Positions 8,571 through 18,428 of a DNA stretch of 44,322 nucleotides are shown here, one piece after another. Position numbers and translations under genes: made by a program. The notes below the pieces were generated by a model. It was not told the DNA's origin and searched no databases. It saw only the letters and a program-made list of their open reading frames with translations. Each line of letters opens with the position of its first letter. The stretch's first letter is position 1. The stretch is from Nitrospirota bacterium (GTDB lineage Bacteria > Nitrospirota > Nitrospiria > JACRHA01): contig JACRHA010000032.1 in NCBI GenBank assembly GCA_016234185.1, forward strand, positions 1 through 44,322, given 5' to 3'.

Positions 8571-9191
8571 CTATAAATTCGGATAAAGACGCTTCAGCTT
8601 GATCCGAGCGTCCGGTGTCGTAAATTGCCAGACAATTTTTCTCGCGCTGTTATTTCTGTCACTTTCCCATGCAGCCACTTGAGCCTGCATGGTTGCCATG
8701 TCGGGAATCCGGCGATCAAGGCACTGTCCTTTCAGGACGCTGAATTCGATCTCCGCCATGTTCAACCAGCTGCCGTGTTTCGGCGTGTAATGGATATCCA
8801 GTCGTTCCGCCAGACGTCTGGCTTCCTTGGGTTCGAATGTTTCATAGAGTGAGGCAATACTGTGGGTGTTTAGATTATCCATAACCAGGCGTACCTTGGT
8901 CGCGCTCAAATAGCGTTCATCAAGCATCTGTTTGATCTGCATCGCCCAATCCTTTCTGGTACGATGTTCAGTGACCGCTACATGTCTTTTGCCGGCCAGT
9001 GGTTCTACTTCCATAAATATTTCTGCCGTCCCGTTTCTGACGTATTCATCGTCAATGCGTACCGGATGTCCAGGTGTGCACGGTATTGGCTCGCGGACTT
9101 CGCCGATCATTTGTTTGCAAGATTCATCCATGCACACCACCGGGTAGTCAGGATCATACGGCATGTGATAGATTTCCAGGACATCCTCCAT
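8571..9191 (-). CDS. IS630-family transposase, DDE catalytic part (orfB)
   Basis: DDE_3-like motifs (VVCMDE, VMDNLNTHS, TPKHGSWLNMAEIEF). Continues from orfA after a -1 shift. Confidence 0.9.
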   Translation of the reverse strand: MEDVLEIYHMPYDPDYPVVCMDESCKQMIGEVREPIPCTPGHPVRIDDEYVRNGTAEIFMEVEPLAGKRHVAVTEHRTRKDWAMQIKQMLDERYLSATKVRLVMDNLNTHSIASLYETFEPKEARRLAERLDIHYTPKHGSWLNMAEIEFSVLKGQCLDRRIPDMATMQAQVAAWESDRNNSARKIVWQFTTPDARIKLKRLYPNL

Positions 9192-9196
9192 ATTTG

Positions 9197-9703
9197 CTAC
9201 AAAGGCTGCGCTCCCTTCCGGGGGGATTTTCCAGTACTTGCTGAGGTGAGGCTTAAGTTCGTTTTTTTTAAAACCCGCTGCACGGTCATATGCGACACTG
9301 ATTCGGCAAAGCTAAGCTCGACGGCCTTGTCGGCAAGGAGTCTGACAGTCCATTGTCGGCGCCCATCCGGGGCGTCTGAACAGGCCAATGCTATCAATCT
9401 TGCTTCAAATGCTCCGTCAAAGATGACTTCTCGTGGCGGCTTTTCCCTTGGCTTACGCTCAAGCGCCGCTTCGAGCCCCTCCTCCACAAAGCGTTTTTTG
9501 AGGTGTTCAATCGCCCGGCTGGTCACCCCCAGCGCTGTTGCAACATCAGCAACATTCCAAGCCGGACCATCCGCTCCGGCGTCACACAGCAGCAAAGCAC
9601 GGGCATGGATAAATCTTCTGGCGTAGGCCCTTCCGCGGCGTGTCATTGCTTCGAGATCTTTGCGCTCCTCCTTGGTCAGTGTTACTCGATATCTTGGCGA
9701 CAT
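9197..9703 (-). CDS. IS630-family transposase, N-terminal HTH part (orfA)
   Basis: Helix-turn-helix-rich N-terminal region. In the -1 frame after the A8 run (9262-9269 on the + strand as T8) the sequence reads KKNELKPHLSKYWKIPPEGSAAFVANMEDV, joining orfB. Confidence 0.85.
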   Translation of the reverse strand: MSPRYRVTLTKEERKDLEAMTRRGRAYARRFIHARALLLCDAGADGPAWNVADVATALGVTSRAIEHLKKRFVEEGLEAALERKPREKPPREVIFDGAFEARLIALACSDAPDGRRQWTVRLLADKAVELSFAESVSHMTVQRVLKKTNLSLTSASTGKSPRKGAQPL

Positions 9704-10147
9704 GGCAACCCCCTTTTATTGAGTTGTCGCCAGAATATCATACTTTCTCAATATACGAAAGATATAATGTTACATGGTACTAGTCGGGCTTGAAGGACAG
9801 AGTTTACGTGGGTGACTTCTTCTTTGATTATCATTACTACCCCATAAGGGATTTCCTGATTTGAAGGAATTTCTTATAGTGTAATTATAGCCTGCCTGCA
9901 TATTTTGTCAAGGAATTGTTTATGAATTGTTTATATGATCCGAAGGGTGTATGGCAATCTGACCCGAAAGGTCATTCCAAACCCTTTACATCATGTCATT
10001 CTGATATTTATTTGCAAAGAAAATAAACTCAATTATAAAACCATCCCTCACACACAGGTAAAAGTGTAACGCTCAAATATTTTTATAATTTTGTCCATTA
10101 TGTGCTAAAATATACAAATCAAAACAAGGAGGCAGGGAGGCGCGATA

Positions 10148-10357
10148 ATGTTAGAATTACATAAAAATATAGTACTCGATGAACATCAGAAGCCTTTTGC
10201 TGTTCAAATACCCATTGAGGAATTTGAGCGATTAGAAGAAATTCTCGAGAACTATGGATTGTCAAAAATAATGGATGAGGTTAAGGACGATGAAAGGCTG
10301 TCAGTGGAGGATGCGAAAGTATATTATCAGTCATTGAAGACAAATGTGGAAGGTTGA
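10148..10357 (+). CDS. antitoxin of the RelE/ParE module
   Basis: 69-aa acidic protein overlapping the toxin start by 14 nt. Strong AAGGAGG RBS. Confidence 0.65.
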   Translation: MLELHKNIVLDEHQKPFAVQIPIEEFERLEEILENYGLSKIMDEVKDDERLSVEDAKVYYQSLKTNVEG

Positions 10358-10616
10358 GTATACAAAGCGTTTTCTCAAAGAACTATCCGAATTGCCTAAT
10401 GAAATACAATCTCAAATGGAAGATATAGTTTTTGAAAAACTATTGACGGCTAATCCCTTTACACTTGGATACCTTGAACGTATGAAAGGTTATTACAATA
10501 AATACAAAATTCGGGTTGGTGAATATAGAATTGGTATTACCATAGATAAACAGAGCAACTTGATAATTTGTCAGCGTGTTGCCCATCGTAAAGACATATA
10601 TAGAATATTTCCATAA
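10344..10616 (+). CDS. RelE/ParE-family toxin
   Basis: 90 aa with YKIRVGEYRIGITID...I.QRVAHRKDIYR, the typical RelE/ParE C-terminal pattern. Confidence 0.8.
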   Translation: MWKVEYTKRFLKELSELPNEIQSQMEDIVFEKLLTANPFTLGYLERMKGYYNKYKIRVGEYRIGITIDKQSNLIICQRVAHRKDIYRIFP

Positions 10617-10804
10617 ATATTACATAATAAATCATTCCAGCGCCAGTTTCGTAATTGCCCTTAGCTCCTTCCTCAATTGCTCTACACACCGAAATTCCAA
10701 ACATGCTTGCCGGAAGATTTGCCATAATCTCTCGGCTCGTGAAATAAGAGCGTAGCAACCTTAGTGCTTTGCCTGCCACAACCATGACCTTTGATTCGAA
10801 TGTT

Positions 10805-10833
10805 TTGCCAAAGATTAAGCCTTTTGATATAAT
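10805..10833 (+). promoter_or_regulatory. candidate sigma70-type promoter (TTGCCA-17 nt-TATAAT) for queD-ndk
   Basis: TTGCCA 10805-10810, 17-nt spacer, TATAAT 10828-10833. About 25 nt upstream of the queD ATG with a GGGAGG RBS. Confidence 0.45.
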
Positions 10834-10857
10834 TTTAAATTGGTAAGGGAGGTTAAA

Positions 10858-11229
10858 ATGTACAGATTATTGATAGAGGATAGCTTTGCTGCGGCCCATC
10901 AGCTCCGGGGATATATGGGTAAGTGTGAAAGACTGCACGGCCATAACTGGAAGGTGCAGGCTGAGGTTAAGGCGAATGAGCTCAATGATATAGGTCTTGC
11001 AATCGACTTTAAGGATCTCAAGACCTGTCTGAAGTCTCTTCTGGATCAGGTGGAACATCATTTCTTAAATGAGATACCGCCTTTTGATAAGGTTAATCCC
11101 TCATCTGAAAATATGGCTAAATGGCTCTATTATCAGATGGGGAATAAGATAAATAGTGACAGGGTAAAGGTCTCAAGGATTGTAGTCTGGGAATCGGATA
11201 CAGCGGCTGCCGTCTATTCTGAAGATTAA
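10858..11229 (+). CDS. queD: 6-carboxy-5,6,7,8-tetrahydropterin synthase
   Basis: FAAAHQL......C.RLHGHNWKV is the PTPS/QueD Zn-binding and catalytic motif. ATG 10858 follows GGGAGG. Confidence 0.88.
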   Translation: MYRLLIEDSFAAAHQLRGYMGKCERLHGHNWKVQAEVKANELNDIGLAIDFKDLKTCLKSLLDQVEHHFLNEIPPFDKVNPSSENMAKWLYYQMGNKINSDRVKVSRIVVWESDTAAAVYSED

Positions 11230-11253
11230 AAAACATAGGGGAGGTCAAAGGTA

Positions 11254-11670
11254 ATGGAGAGGACACTGGCAATAGTCAAGCCTGATGCTGTTGAGAAGGG
11301 ATTTATCGGGGAGATCATAAAGAGGTATGAGACAAACGGACTTGGCATTGTCGGTATGAAGATGTTGCGTCTGTCGAGGGAAGAGGCTGAGGGATTCTAC
11401 TATGTTCACAGAGAAAGACCCTTCTTTAAAAGTCTTGTGGATTTTATGTCATCAGGCCCGGTTGTTGTACTGGCACTGGAGGGCGATGGGGCGATCAAGA
11501 AGAACAGGGATCTGATGGGTGCGACTGATCCGGCAAAGGCAGAACCCGGCACCATAAGGAAACTCTTTGCTGCGAATATAGAGAGGAATGCGGTGCACGG
11601 CTCTGACTCTAAGGATTCGGCGGCCTTTGAGATAGCCTATTTCTTTAACAGGCTGGAAATGATGAGATGA
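11254..11670 (+). CDS. ndk: nucleoside-diphosphate kinase
   Basis: [12 protein letters not shown]...NAVHGSDS (active-site His motif). 138 aa. Confidence 0.95.
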   Translation: MERTLAIVKPDAVEKGFIGEIIKRYETNGLGIVGMKMLRLSREEAEGFYYVHRERPFFKSLVDFMSSGPVVVLALEGDGAIKKNRDLMGATDPAKAEPGTIRKLFAANIERNAVHGSDSKDSAAFEIAYFFNRLEMMR

Positions 11671-13004
11671 CCAATGCTTCCGGATACGACGTAATTGTTT
11701 GCGGAAGCGGATACAACCATCTTATTTTATCTGCACTGCTGGCAAGCAGGGGCGTTAATCTTCTTCTCCTTTCAACATCAAATGGAAAGAGGTTCGGGAG
11801 GGGCGGGTATCAGTTCCCGGATGAGTACCCTTTATTTATAGATTTTGGCCCCGATGGGATACTGGGCGAAGTCTTTGCTGATATTGACATCCCCTTCTCA
11901 TACCTAAAGGGAGAGGAGCAGCTCTTCAGGGATCTATCACCGGCCTTCCAGGTAGTTTTCCCGGATTATCGGATCGATATCTTCAAGGAAGAGGAAGATC
12001 TCCTGGATGAGCTATGCAGGGAACTCAGAGAAGATGGCGGGCAGATCATCTCCCTTTTCAATGAGGTCAACCGGATTAATGCATTGTTCGATGACAATGG
12101 TGAGCCATCTCTCTATAGAAAGATTAAGGCATTGGCTAAAAAGATCAGCTTCTCAGGAAAGAGCGGGAGAAATATCCTGAATCGTTTCAATCCATCTGAA
12201 AGACTTATTCGATTCCTGGATGTTATAAGCCTTGCCTTCTACGGGATCGGGATAGCGGAGTTAGATGCCTTAAGATTTATTGCCATCTTGCGGATGTTAA
12301 AGGGCGGGGGAAGGTCTGTAAAGGGAGGGGTTGAGATATTAACCGATCTTCTCGTCAAGAAGGTAAGATCCGAAGGCGGAGAGTTTTATGATGGAGAGAT
12401 TGATGAATTTCAAATAAAGAGAAACAGAATAGCAGGGATCAAGACCAGCAGGGGAGATATATTTGATTGTAAGGCAGTAGTGATGGAATCCAATAAGGCA
12501 AAAGAAGATAATAAGATCGCCAAGCAAAAAAGGTTCTCATCATATTTTGGGGTCGATGCAGGCTTTATCCCCTCCCCAATGGCTGATTATCTTATTCTAA
12601 CAAGGGATTACTCAAAGGCGGTGCAAGCCGATAATCTTCTAATGCTCTCATTGAGCCCTTCAGACGACTTAAGTTGGGCGCCGGCGGACAAGAGGTTGAT
12701 TACAGTGTCTACCCTTATACCCTCCTCTCAAATCTTATCAGCGTCATACTTAGATGGGTTAAATAATTTAGTGCTGGCTAATCTGATCTGGCTTATGCCC
12801 TTCTCAGGGGGACATATAGAATTTATTGGTGACGATCTCAACTTCGGGCGGGTTAAAGAGAAGACAGCGAACCCTCTTTCATCGCTCTCTGCTGATCCTA
12901 AGAACCTACATTTAATCGAAGATGGCAGTCCTGCATGGATCAGGACGAGTGAGGACATTAGGGCCTCTTACAAGATAGCAGACCAGATATTAGACAAGAT
13001 CTAA
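11667..13004 (+). CDS. NAD(P)/FAD-dependent oxidoreductase, phytoene-desaturase-like
   Basis: N-terminal [23 protein letters not shown] dinucleotide-binding fold. ATGA overlap with the ndk stop. Function not assignable. Confidence 0.6.
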   Translation: MTNASGYDVIVCGSGYNHLILSALLASRGVNLLLLSTSNGKRFGRGGYQFPDEYPLFIDFGPDGILGEVFADIDIPFSYLKGEEQLFRDLSPAFQVVFPDYRIDIFKEEEDLLDELCRELREDGGQIISLFNEVNRINALFDDNGEPSLYRKIKALAKKISFSGKSGRNILNRFNPSERLIRFLDVISLAFYGIGIAELDALRFIAILRMLKGGGRSVKGGVEILTDLLVKKVRSEGGEFYDGEIDEFQIKRNRIAGIKTSRGDIFDCKAVVMESNKAKEDNKIAKQKRFSSYFGVDAGFIPSPMADYLILTRDYSKAVQADNLLMLSLSPSDDLSWAPADKRLITVSTLIPSSQILSASYLDGLNNLVLANLIWLMPFSGGHIEFIGDDLNFGRVKEKTANPLSSLSADPKNLHLIEDGSPAWIRTSEDIRASYKIADQILDKI

Positions 13005-13129
13005 GGGGTTGCCTTTCTTAGTCAATAGAAATATAATACCAAATAGATTTATTACAGGGATATTTGACCGGAGTGCTTCCTGCAAACATAGTTTATTGGA
13101 GGAGGACTTCACAGGCTAGGGTGCGTAGT

Positions 13130-14806
13130 ATGAATCTTTTCTTAATAGCATTGCTTGTAATCAGTCTGTTTATCCTGGCTTATCGAAGCTATGGCAGGTT
13201 TCTTGCGGCTGAGGCCGGGCTTGATAACAGCCGGCCAACCCCGGCAACCACTATCAATGACGGCATGGACTTCGTGCCTGCAAGCACCCCTATATTGCTT
13301 GCACAGCATTTTTCATCCATTGCAGCCGCAGGGCCAATAGTGGGGCCTATCCTTGCAGGCCTCTGGTTTGGCTGGCTGCCCACCCTCTTGTGGATCGTTC
13401 TCGGCTGCATCTTCATCGGTTCGGCCCATGACTTTGCAAATATCGTCGCATCTATAAGGCACAAGGCGATGTCTATCGCAGAGATAGTGAGGGAAAACCT
13501 GGGCCTGCGGGCATACATGTTATTTCTGGCTTTTATATGGATATCCCTGAATTATGTAATCGTTGCATTCACCGACCTTACGGCATCTACATTCCTTGCA
13601 AAGGATATAGGGCCTGGTGTTGCCTCCTCCTCGATACTCTATCTCCTTCTTGCAATAATTGTGGGGATTGCCCTTTATAAGTGGAAGATCCCCCTCTCAT
13701 TAGCCACTGCAGTTGCCCTCCCGCTTCTGATATTGATTGTATGGTATGGCCAGAAGATCCCCATTACTATTCCGGACTGGTTTCCGGGCGGACAGAACAA
13801 GGGATGGGTGCTCATTATCCTTGCTTACTGCTTTGTCGCCTCCATCCTCCCATTCTGGCTGCTGTTGCAGCCGAGGGGATACCTTGGCGGGTATTTCTTG
13901 TACAGTTCGCTTGTTGTAGGTATCTTCGGTATTATGCTGGGTGGTTACAAGGTAAGTTATCCTGCCTTTGTAGGCTTTAAGAATGCGCTTGGCGCGCCGC
14001 TCTTTCCGATCCTCTTCATTACTGTTGCCTGCGGGGCCTGCTCCGGCTTCCATGGTCTTGTCTGCTCAGGCACTACTTCAAAACAGATCAGCAAAGAGGG
14101 CGATGCCCATCTTGTAGGTTATGGCGGGATGCTCCTTGAGGGGCTTGTAGCGCTGATCGCCCTTGCTACCATTATGATTCTGGCGCCAGGCAGCGAGGCA
14201 TTGAAACTCCAGCCTACGGAGATATACGCTCATGGCCTTGCAAGGTTTGCCATGGTTCTAGGCGTTCCTGTGGAACTTGCGCTTACCTTTGGTCTCCTGG
14301 CCTTTGCCACATTCGTATATGATACCCTCGATGTATCAACCAGACTCGGCAGATATATCCTTCAAGAATTAACGGGCTGGCAGGACCATACCGGACGGGT
14401 TTTAGCTACCTTTATCACCATATTGGTACCAGCCATATTTCTGATATCCACAAAGGAGCAGGCATATCTGAAATTCTGGCCTGTCTTCGGAAGCTCCAAT
14501 CAGCTCCTTGCTGCGCTAAGCCTCCTTGGGATCTCTGTCTGGCTGATGAAAGAGGGGAAGAATTACCTTATCACCTTTATACCGATGATCTTTGTGATGA
14601 TAATGACCATCTGGTCACTGATTATTCAGGCGGGCCCTATGATAAAGATGGTCTTAGAGGGCCGCATAGGATTTGACATAAATGGTACAATAGCCATCAT
14701 ACTAATAGCCCTTGCGACCCTTCTTGTCAGGGAGGCATACCGTGTGATTTATGCCTACAGGGCAGGGGAGATGATGGTAACAAAGAGGGAGGGAAAATCG
14801 GGGTGA
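13130..14806 (+). CDS. cstA: carbon starvation protein A family transporter
   Basis: YRSYGRFLA...NDGMDFVP...LLAQHFSSIAAAGPIVGP matches the CstA N-terminal signature. Polytopic membrane protein. ATG 13130 chosen by analogy to CstA N-termini; the ORF is open from 13064. Confidence 0.88.
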   Translation: MNLFLIALLVISLFILAYRSYGRFLAAEAGLDNSRPTPATTINDGMDFVPASTPILLAQHFSSIAAAGPIVGPILAGLWFGWLPTLLWIVLGCIFIGSAHDFANIVASIRHKAMSIAEIVRENLGLRAYMLFLAFIWISLNYVIVAFTDLTASTFLAKDIGPGVASSSILYLLLAIIVGIALYKWKIPLSLATAVALPLLILIVWYGQKIPITIPDWFPGGQNKGWVLIILAYCFVASILPFWLLLQPRGYLGGYFLYSSLVVGIFGIMLGGYKVSYPAFVGFKNALGAPLFPILFITVACGACSGFHGLVCSGTTSKQISKEGDAHLVGYGGMLLEGLVALIALATIMILAPGSEALKLQPTEIYAHGLARFAMVLGVPVELALTFGLLAFATFVYDTLDVSTRLGRYILQELTGWQDHTGRVLATFITILVPAIFLISTKEQAYLKFWPVFGSSNQLLAALSLLGISVWLMKEGKNYLITFIPMIFVMIMTIWSLIIQAGPMIKMVLEGRIGFDINGTIAIILIALATLLVREAYRVIYAYRAGEMMVTKREGKSG

Positions 14807-17244
14807 TACAGGAATTGCTGCCTGAGCAGCTGCGGCGTACATTTGATCATAAGGCATCGTGCATTGATACCACAGAGAACTTAAAACCCCTTGAGGGGAT
14901 CATCGGACAAAAGCGTGCCGTTTCTGCGCTCCTGTTTGGGCTGGACATCCGGGAGAGAGGATTTAATATCTATGTGGCAGGACCGCCAGGCATGGGAAAA
15001 ATGACTGCTGTTAAATCTTTTCTGGAAGAGCTTGCCAGCCGGAAAGATATCCCGGCCGATTGGTGCTATGTGAACAACTTTGATGACTCCTATAAGCCCA
15101 GGGTAGTTAAACTCCCTGCCGGCCGGGGCCGCCAGCTCCAGCAGGATATGAAGACGCTGATCGAGCATATCCAGCGTGAGATCCCTAATTCCTTTGAGAG
15201 CGAAGAGTATGGAGCCAGGCGGGATGAAATTGCAAAGGCCATGGAAGGCCAGAGATCTGGGGTACTGGAAAGGCTTAATACGCAGGCGAATGAGGCCGGC
15301 TTTACGATAGAGGCGACTTCATTTGGTATCATTATGATCCCGATGCTTGGAGGCAGGCCATTGAGTGAGGCAGAGCTTGCAGCGCTGCCTGTTGCTGCCC
15401 GCGAGGATTTCCAGCGCAAACGTGATCTCCTCCAGGAGGAGCTCACGTCCAGCCTAAAACAGGTCCGCGGCATTGAACGCGAGGCCCATAAAAAGATGGA
15501 AGAGATTGACAGGAAGGTAGCCCTATATATCGTAGGCGGGCTGATTGATGACCTTGAAGAGAAATATCGCGACCTGCCTGAGATTGTGGAATATCTTAGG
15601 GCCGTTCAGAAGGACATACTTGAGAATATCAAGATCTTTAAATCCGGGCAATCCGGTCCTGCGGGTCAGGTCCTGGAAGGCCTTTCTCTGCAGGCCCCAT
15701 GGCTGCAGGAGATGCCTTTCAGGAGGTATCAGGTCAATGTGCTTGTAGATAACAGCAGGCTTGGCGGTGCGCCTGTGGTAGTTGAACTCAACCCAAGCTA
15801 CAATAATCTCTTCGGTCGGATCGAAAAGGAGACCCAGCTCGGCGCCCTCTATACCGACTTCACGATGATAAAGGCCGGGTCGCTTCACCGCGCCAATGGC
15901 GGGTTTCTTGTTGTCCCGGTGGAAGACGTCCTTAGGAACCTCTTCAGTTGGGATGGCCTTAAGCGGGCGCTCAGGAGTCGTGAGATCCAGATTGAAGAGC
16001 CTGGAGAGAGGTTGGGGTTTCTAACCACCAAGAGCCTGCGGCCGGAGCCGGTCGGTTTTGACATCAAGGTTGTGCTCATCGGGCACCCTATGCTCTATTA
16101 TCTTCTCCATGCCTACGATGAAGAGTTTCCCGAACTATTTAAGGTCAAGGCGGACTTTGATACACGCATGGACTGCATTGACGAAAATATTCAGGATTTT
16201 CTGGCCTTCCTGTCCACCTTCTGCCAAAAGGAAAACTTAAAGCCTCTCGATAGCGGCGCCGTCGCAAGGCTGTTAGAGCACGCTGCGCGCCTGGCAGAGG
16301 ACCAGGAGAAGCTCTCTACCCATTTTGGGGCGCTGGTGGATGTCGTAAGGGAGGCCCATTTCTGGGCTCATCAGGAGGGGGCTGTACGTGTAGGCGCAGC
16401 ACATATGCAAAAGTCTTTAGATCAGAAGGTATACCGCTCAAGTCTCATTCAGGAGCGGATTTGTGAGATGATCTCGAGGGGGACAATATTAATAGATACT
16501 GCCGGCCAGGCCGTAGGACAGGTCAATGGGCTGTCAGTAATAAGCCTTGGCGATTACATGTTCGGAAAGCCGAGCAGGATTACGGCCAGCGTGGAACCCG
16601 GACAGGGAGGTATTATAGACATCGAGCGGGAGGTTGAGCTTGGCGGGCCGATCCATAGCAAAGGGATCTTAATCCTGGGTGGATACCTGGCGCAAAAATA
16701 TGCACAGGAAAAACCACTCACGCTTGCGGCAAGGCTTGTTTTTGAGCAGAGCTATGATGGCGTGGAGGGCGATAGCGCTTCTTCAACGGAACTCTATGCA
16801 TTGCTTTCCGCATTAGCCGGCCTGCCGATTAAACAGGGGATTGCCGTGACAGGATCAGTAAATCAGCATGGTGACGTCCAGGCCATAGGAGGGGTTAATC
16901 AGAAGATTGAGGGTTTTTTTGATATATGCAAGGCCAAGGGTATGACTGGGGAGCAGGGTGTGATCATCCCCCAAAGCAATGCTAAGAACCTCATGCTCCG
17001 CGAGGATGTTGTTGAGGCGGTCAGGTCAAAGACGTTCCACATCTGGGGAGTAAAGTCAATCGATGAGGGGATCGAGATACTCACAGGAAGTCTATCCGGG
17101 GATAGGGGGCCGGATAGAAGATTTCCTGAGGGGACAATAAACTATCTTGTCGAGAAGCGGCTTCATGACTTTGCTGAGTCCCTGAAGGAACTGCCAAAGG
17201 ATGGAAGGCCGCCCGGATCCAAAAGAAGATCAAAGGCAAAATAG
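14803..17244 (+). CDS. Lon-like protease (LonB/LonC-type, S16 peptidase domain, AAA+ module with large insertion)
   Basis: Walker A GPPGMGKM near aa 60, and a putative Walker B-like FLVVPVED near aa 370, so about 300 aa are inserted between them. C-terminal EGDSASS (catalytic Ser) and GGVNQKIEG (Lys). GTGA overlap with the cstA stop. Confidence 0.85.
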   Translation: MIQELLPEQLRRTFDHKASCIDTTENLKPLEGIIGQKRAVSALLFGLDIRERGFNIYVAGPPGMGKMTAVKSFLEELASRKDIPADWCYVNNFDDSYKPRVVKLPAGRGRQLQQDMKTLIEHIQREIPNSFESEEYGARRDEIAKAMEGQRSGVLERLNTQANEAGFTIEATSFGIIMIPMLGGRPLSEAELAALPVAAREDFQRKRDLLQEELTSSLKQVRGIEREAHKKMEEIDRKVALYIVGGLIDDLEEKYRDLPEIVEYLRAVQKDILENIKIFKSGQSGPAGQVLEGLSLQAPWLQEMPFRRYQVNVLVDNSRLGGAPVVVELNPSYNNLFGRIEKETQLGALYTDFTMIKAGSLHRANGGFLVVPVEDVLRNLFSWDGLKRALRSREIQIEEPGERLGFLTTKSLRPEPVGFDIKVVLIGHPMLYYLLHAYDEEFPELFKVKADFDTRMDCIDENIQDFLAFLSTFCQKENLKPLDSGAVARLLEHAARLAEDQEKLSTHFGALVDVVREAHFWAHQEGAVRVGAAHMQKSLDQKVYRSSLIQERICEMISRGTILIDTAGQAVGQVNGLSVISLGDYMFGKPSRITASVEPGQGGIIDIEREVELGGPIHSKGILILGGYLAQKYAQEKPLTLAARLVFEQSYDGVEGDSASSTELYALLSALAGLPIKQGIAVTGSVNQHGDVQAIGGVNQKIEGFFDICKAKGMTGEQGVIIPQSNAKNLMLREDVVEAVRSKTFHIWGVKSIDEGIEILTGSLSGDRGPDRRFPEGTINYLVEKRLHDFAESLKELPKDGRPPGSKRRSKAK

Positions 17245-17271
17245 CAGGGGCGCATCGAGATACGCCCCTGC
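17244..17271. terminator. bidirectional hairpin between convergent genes (also REP-like GC hairpin)
   Basis: Perfect 9-bp stem GCAGGGGCG (17244-17252) / CGCCCCTGC (17263-17271) with a 10-nt loop, directly at the Lon-like stop. Confidence 0.55.
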
Positions 17272-17323
17272 GCAGATATCTGTTGCGCTATCCTTTGGGT
17301 GACAGGCAACAGGTTTAATTATA

Positions 17324-17698
17324 TTATTTTTCAATCTTCATCCCGTAGTCCTTCCATGTCTGGAATCCCCCCTCCAGTTCCATTACAGGATATCCCTTGG
17401 AAGAAAAGTTTAAAGCTCCAGCAGCAGCCAGGTGGCATACCTGGGAGTAGCAGTAAAGGACATTGACCTTGTCTTTGCTGAGGCCTGCATAGGTATCCCA
17501 TTTGTCTTTGGAGAGATTTACAGAGCCAGGGATATGGCCCTGTTCATAATCCTCAGATGCCCTGACATCTATTACGTTAACATTATTTGCCTCCTTTATC
17601 ATCCGCTCAAGTTCAACGGGGCCTGTTGTGAAGGCCATCTTGCTCTCAAAAAATACCCTTGCCTTCTCCGGGTCATGGATTTTTACCTTGGTATTCAT
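17324..17698 (-). CDS. rhodanese-like domain protein
   Basis: VIDVR...Y..GHIPGSVNL and a Cys-containing loop VLYCYSQVCH. 124 aa. Confidence 0.8.
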   Translation of the reverse strand: MNTKVKIHDPEKARVFFESKMAFTTGPVELERMIKEANNVNVIDVRASEDYEQGHIPGSVNLSKDKWDTYAGLSKDKVNVLYCYSQVCHLAAAGALNFSSKGYPVMELEGGFQTWKDYGMKIEK

Positions 17699-17710
17699 TT
17701 TTTCCTCCTT

Positions 17711-18124
17711 TTATTGTTTGTCAAAACTCTCCTTTAGTTTGAGAAGCATATATTGCAGGTCTTTCATCTGTGTCTGGCTAAGGGCTTCTTCAAAAAAAGG
17801 TTTTAAGTATTGGACCTGCCTTGGAAATACCTTCCGAAACAGATCATCCCCCTTTGGTGTGAGACGGATAATGGTAGATCGCCTGTCTTCCCGCGAAGGT
17901 ATCCGTCCAATTAGGCCCTTTGCCTCGAGCCTGTCCATGACGCCTGTAAGGGTTCCTTTGGTAACAAGAGTCTTATCTGACAACTCCCTGCAGGTCATCC
18001 CATCTGTATCACCAAGCGTTACAATAACGTCGAATTGCGGGGGGGTAAGCCCAAGGGAGCGGATGTGGCGGTCAGATTTCCGTAAAAAGGCGAAGAAGGC
18101 CTCAACCAGGGGTCTTAAGACCAT
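17711..18124 (-). CDS. MarR-family transcriptional regulator
   Basis: LTPPQFDVIVTL......T..ELS......KGTLTGVMDRLE.KGLI.R......DRR is the winged-helix MarR pattern. Confidence 0.88.
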   Translation of the reverse strand: MVLRPLVEAFFAFLRKSDRHIRSLGLTPPQFDVIVTLGDTDGMTCRELSDKTLVTKGTLTGVMDRLEAKGLIGRIPSREDRRSTIIRLTPKGDDLFRKVFPRQVQYLKPFFEEALSQTQMKDLQYMLLKLKESFDKQ

Positions 18125-18428
18125 CAGGAAGGGCTCATCTCCCGGATCGGCCCGCTCAGACCTTGCAGATCTTGTTTTTATTTTAATCCTTCCTCCATGC
18201 TTATTGTTATTATCAGGATAATCCTAACTAGAACAAATGTCAAGAAGAAATTGTTATGGATTATTTTTTGATTAATTACCATTGAGAGGAGGCACTGTAG
18301 TAGGGACTTCGCCGCCACTTCAAATAACAACAGGCTTTGCGGCGCTCCGATTTCTTTGAAATTTACAGCTTACCCCACCAAACCTGATTGTTTCTTTCTG
18401 CAGTACTTGCATTCTGTGTATGATTACC

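Larger units (their letters stand above)
8557..9780 (-). mobile_element. IS630-family insertion sequence (1224 bp) with TA target duplication
   Basis: Perfect 12-bp terminal inverted repeats GTACCATGTAAC (8557-8568) / GTTACATGGTAC (9769-9780). Each is flanked by TA (8555-8556 and 9781-9782). Visibly more GC-rich than the flanks. Confidence 0.9.

Noticed and set aside
8964-9626. 220-aa + strand ORF inside the IS630 element
   Set aside because: It is antisense to the recognisable IS630 transposase. Its Ser/Ala/Arg-rich composition is typical of GC-rich shadow frames.
10617-10785. Minus-strand ORF (part of 10537-10785) between the RelE toxin and queD with a protein-like stretch (VCRAIEEGAKGNYETGAG)
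   Set aside because: It is short, overlaps the RelE 3' end, has no RBS, and I can assign no family. It may be a gene remnant, but that is not supportable.
10786-10857. Possible preQ1 riboswitch upstream of queD
   Set aside because: The leader after the candidate -10 is only about 25 nt, and no preQ1-type hairpin or A-rich tail pattern is present.
18207-18218. Short palindrome TTATCAGGATAA upstream of marR as a possible MarR operator
   Set aside because: It is only a 5-2-5 inverted repeat in AT-rich DNA, with too little information to call.
17628-18221. 197-aa + strand ORF
   Set aside because: It is antisense to the MarR and rhodanese genes, which have clear family signatures.
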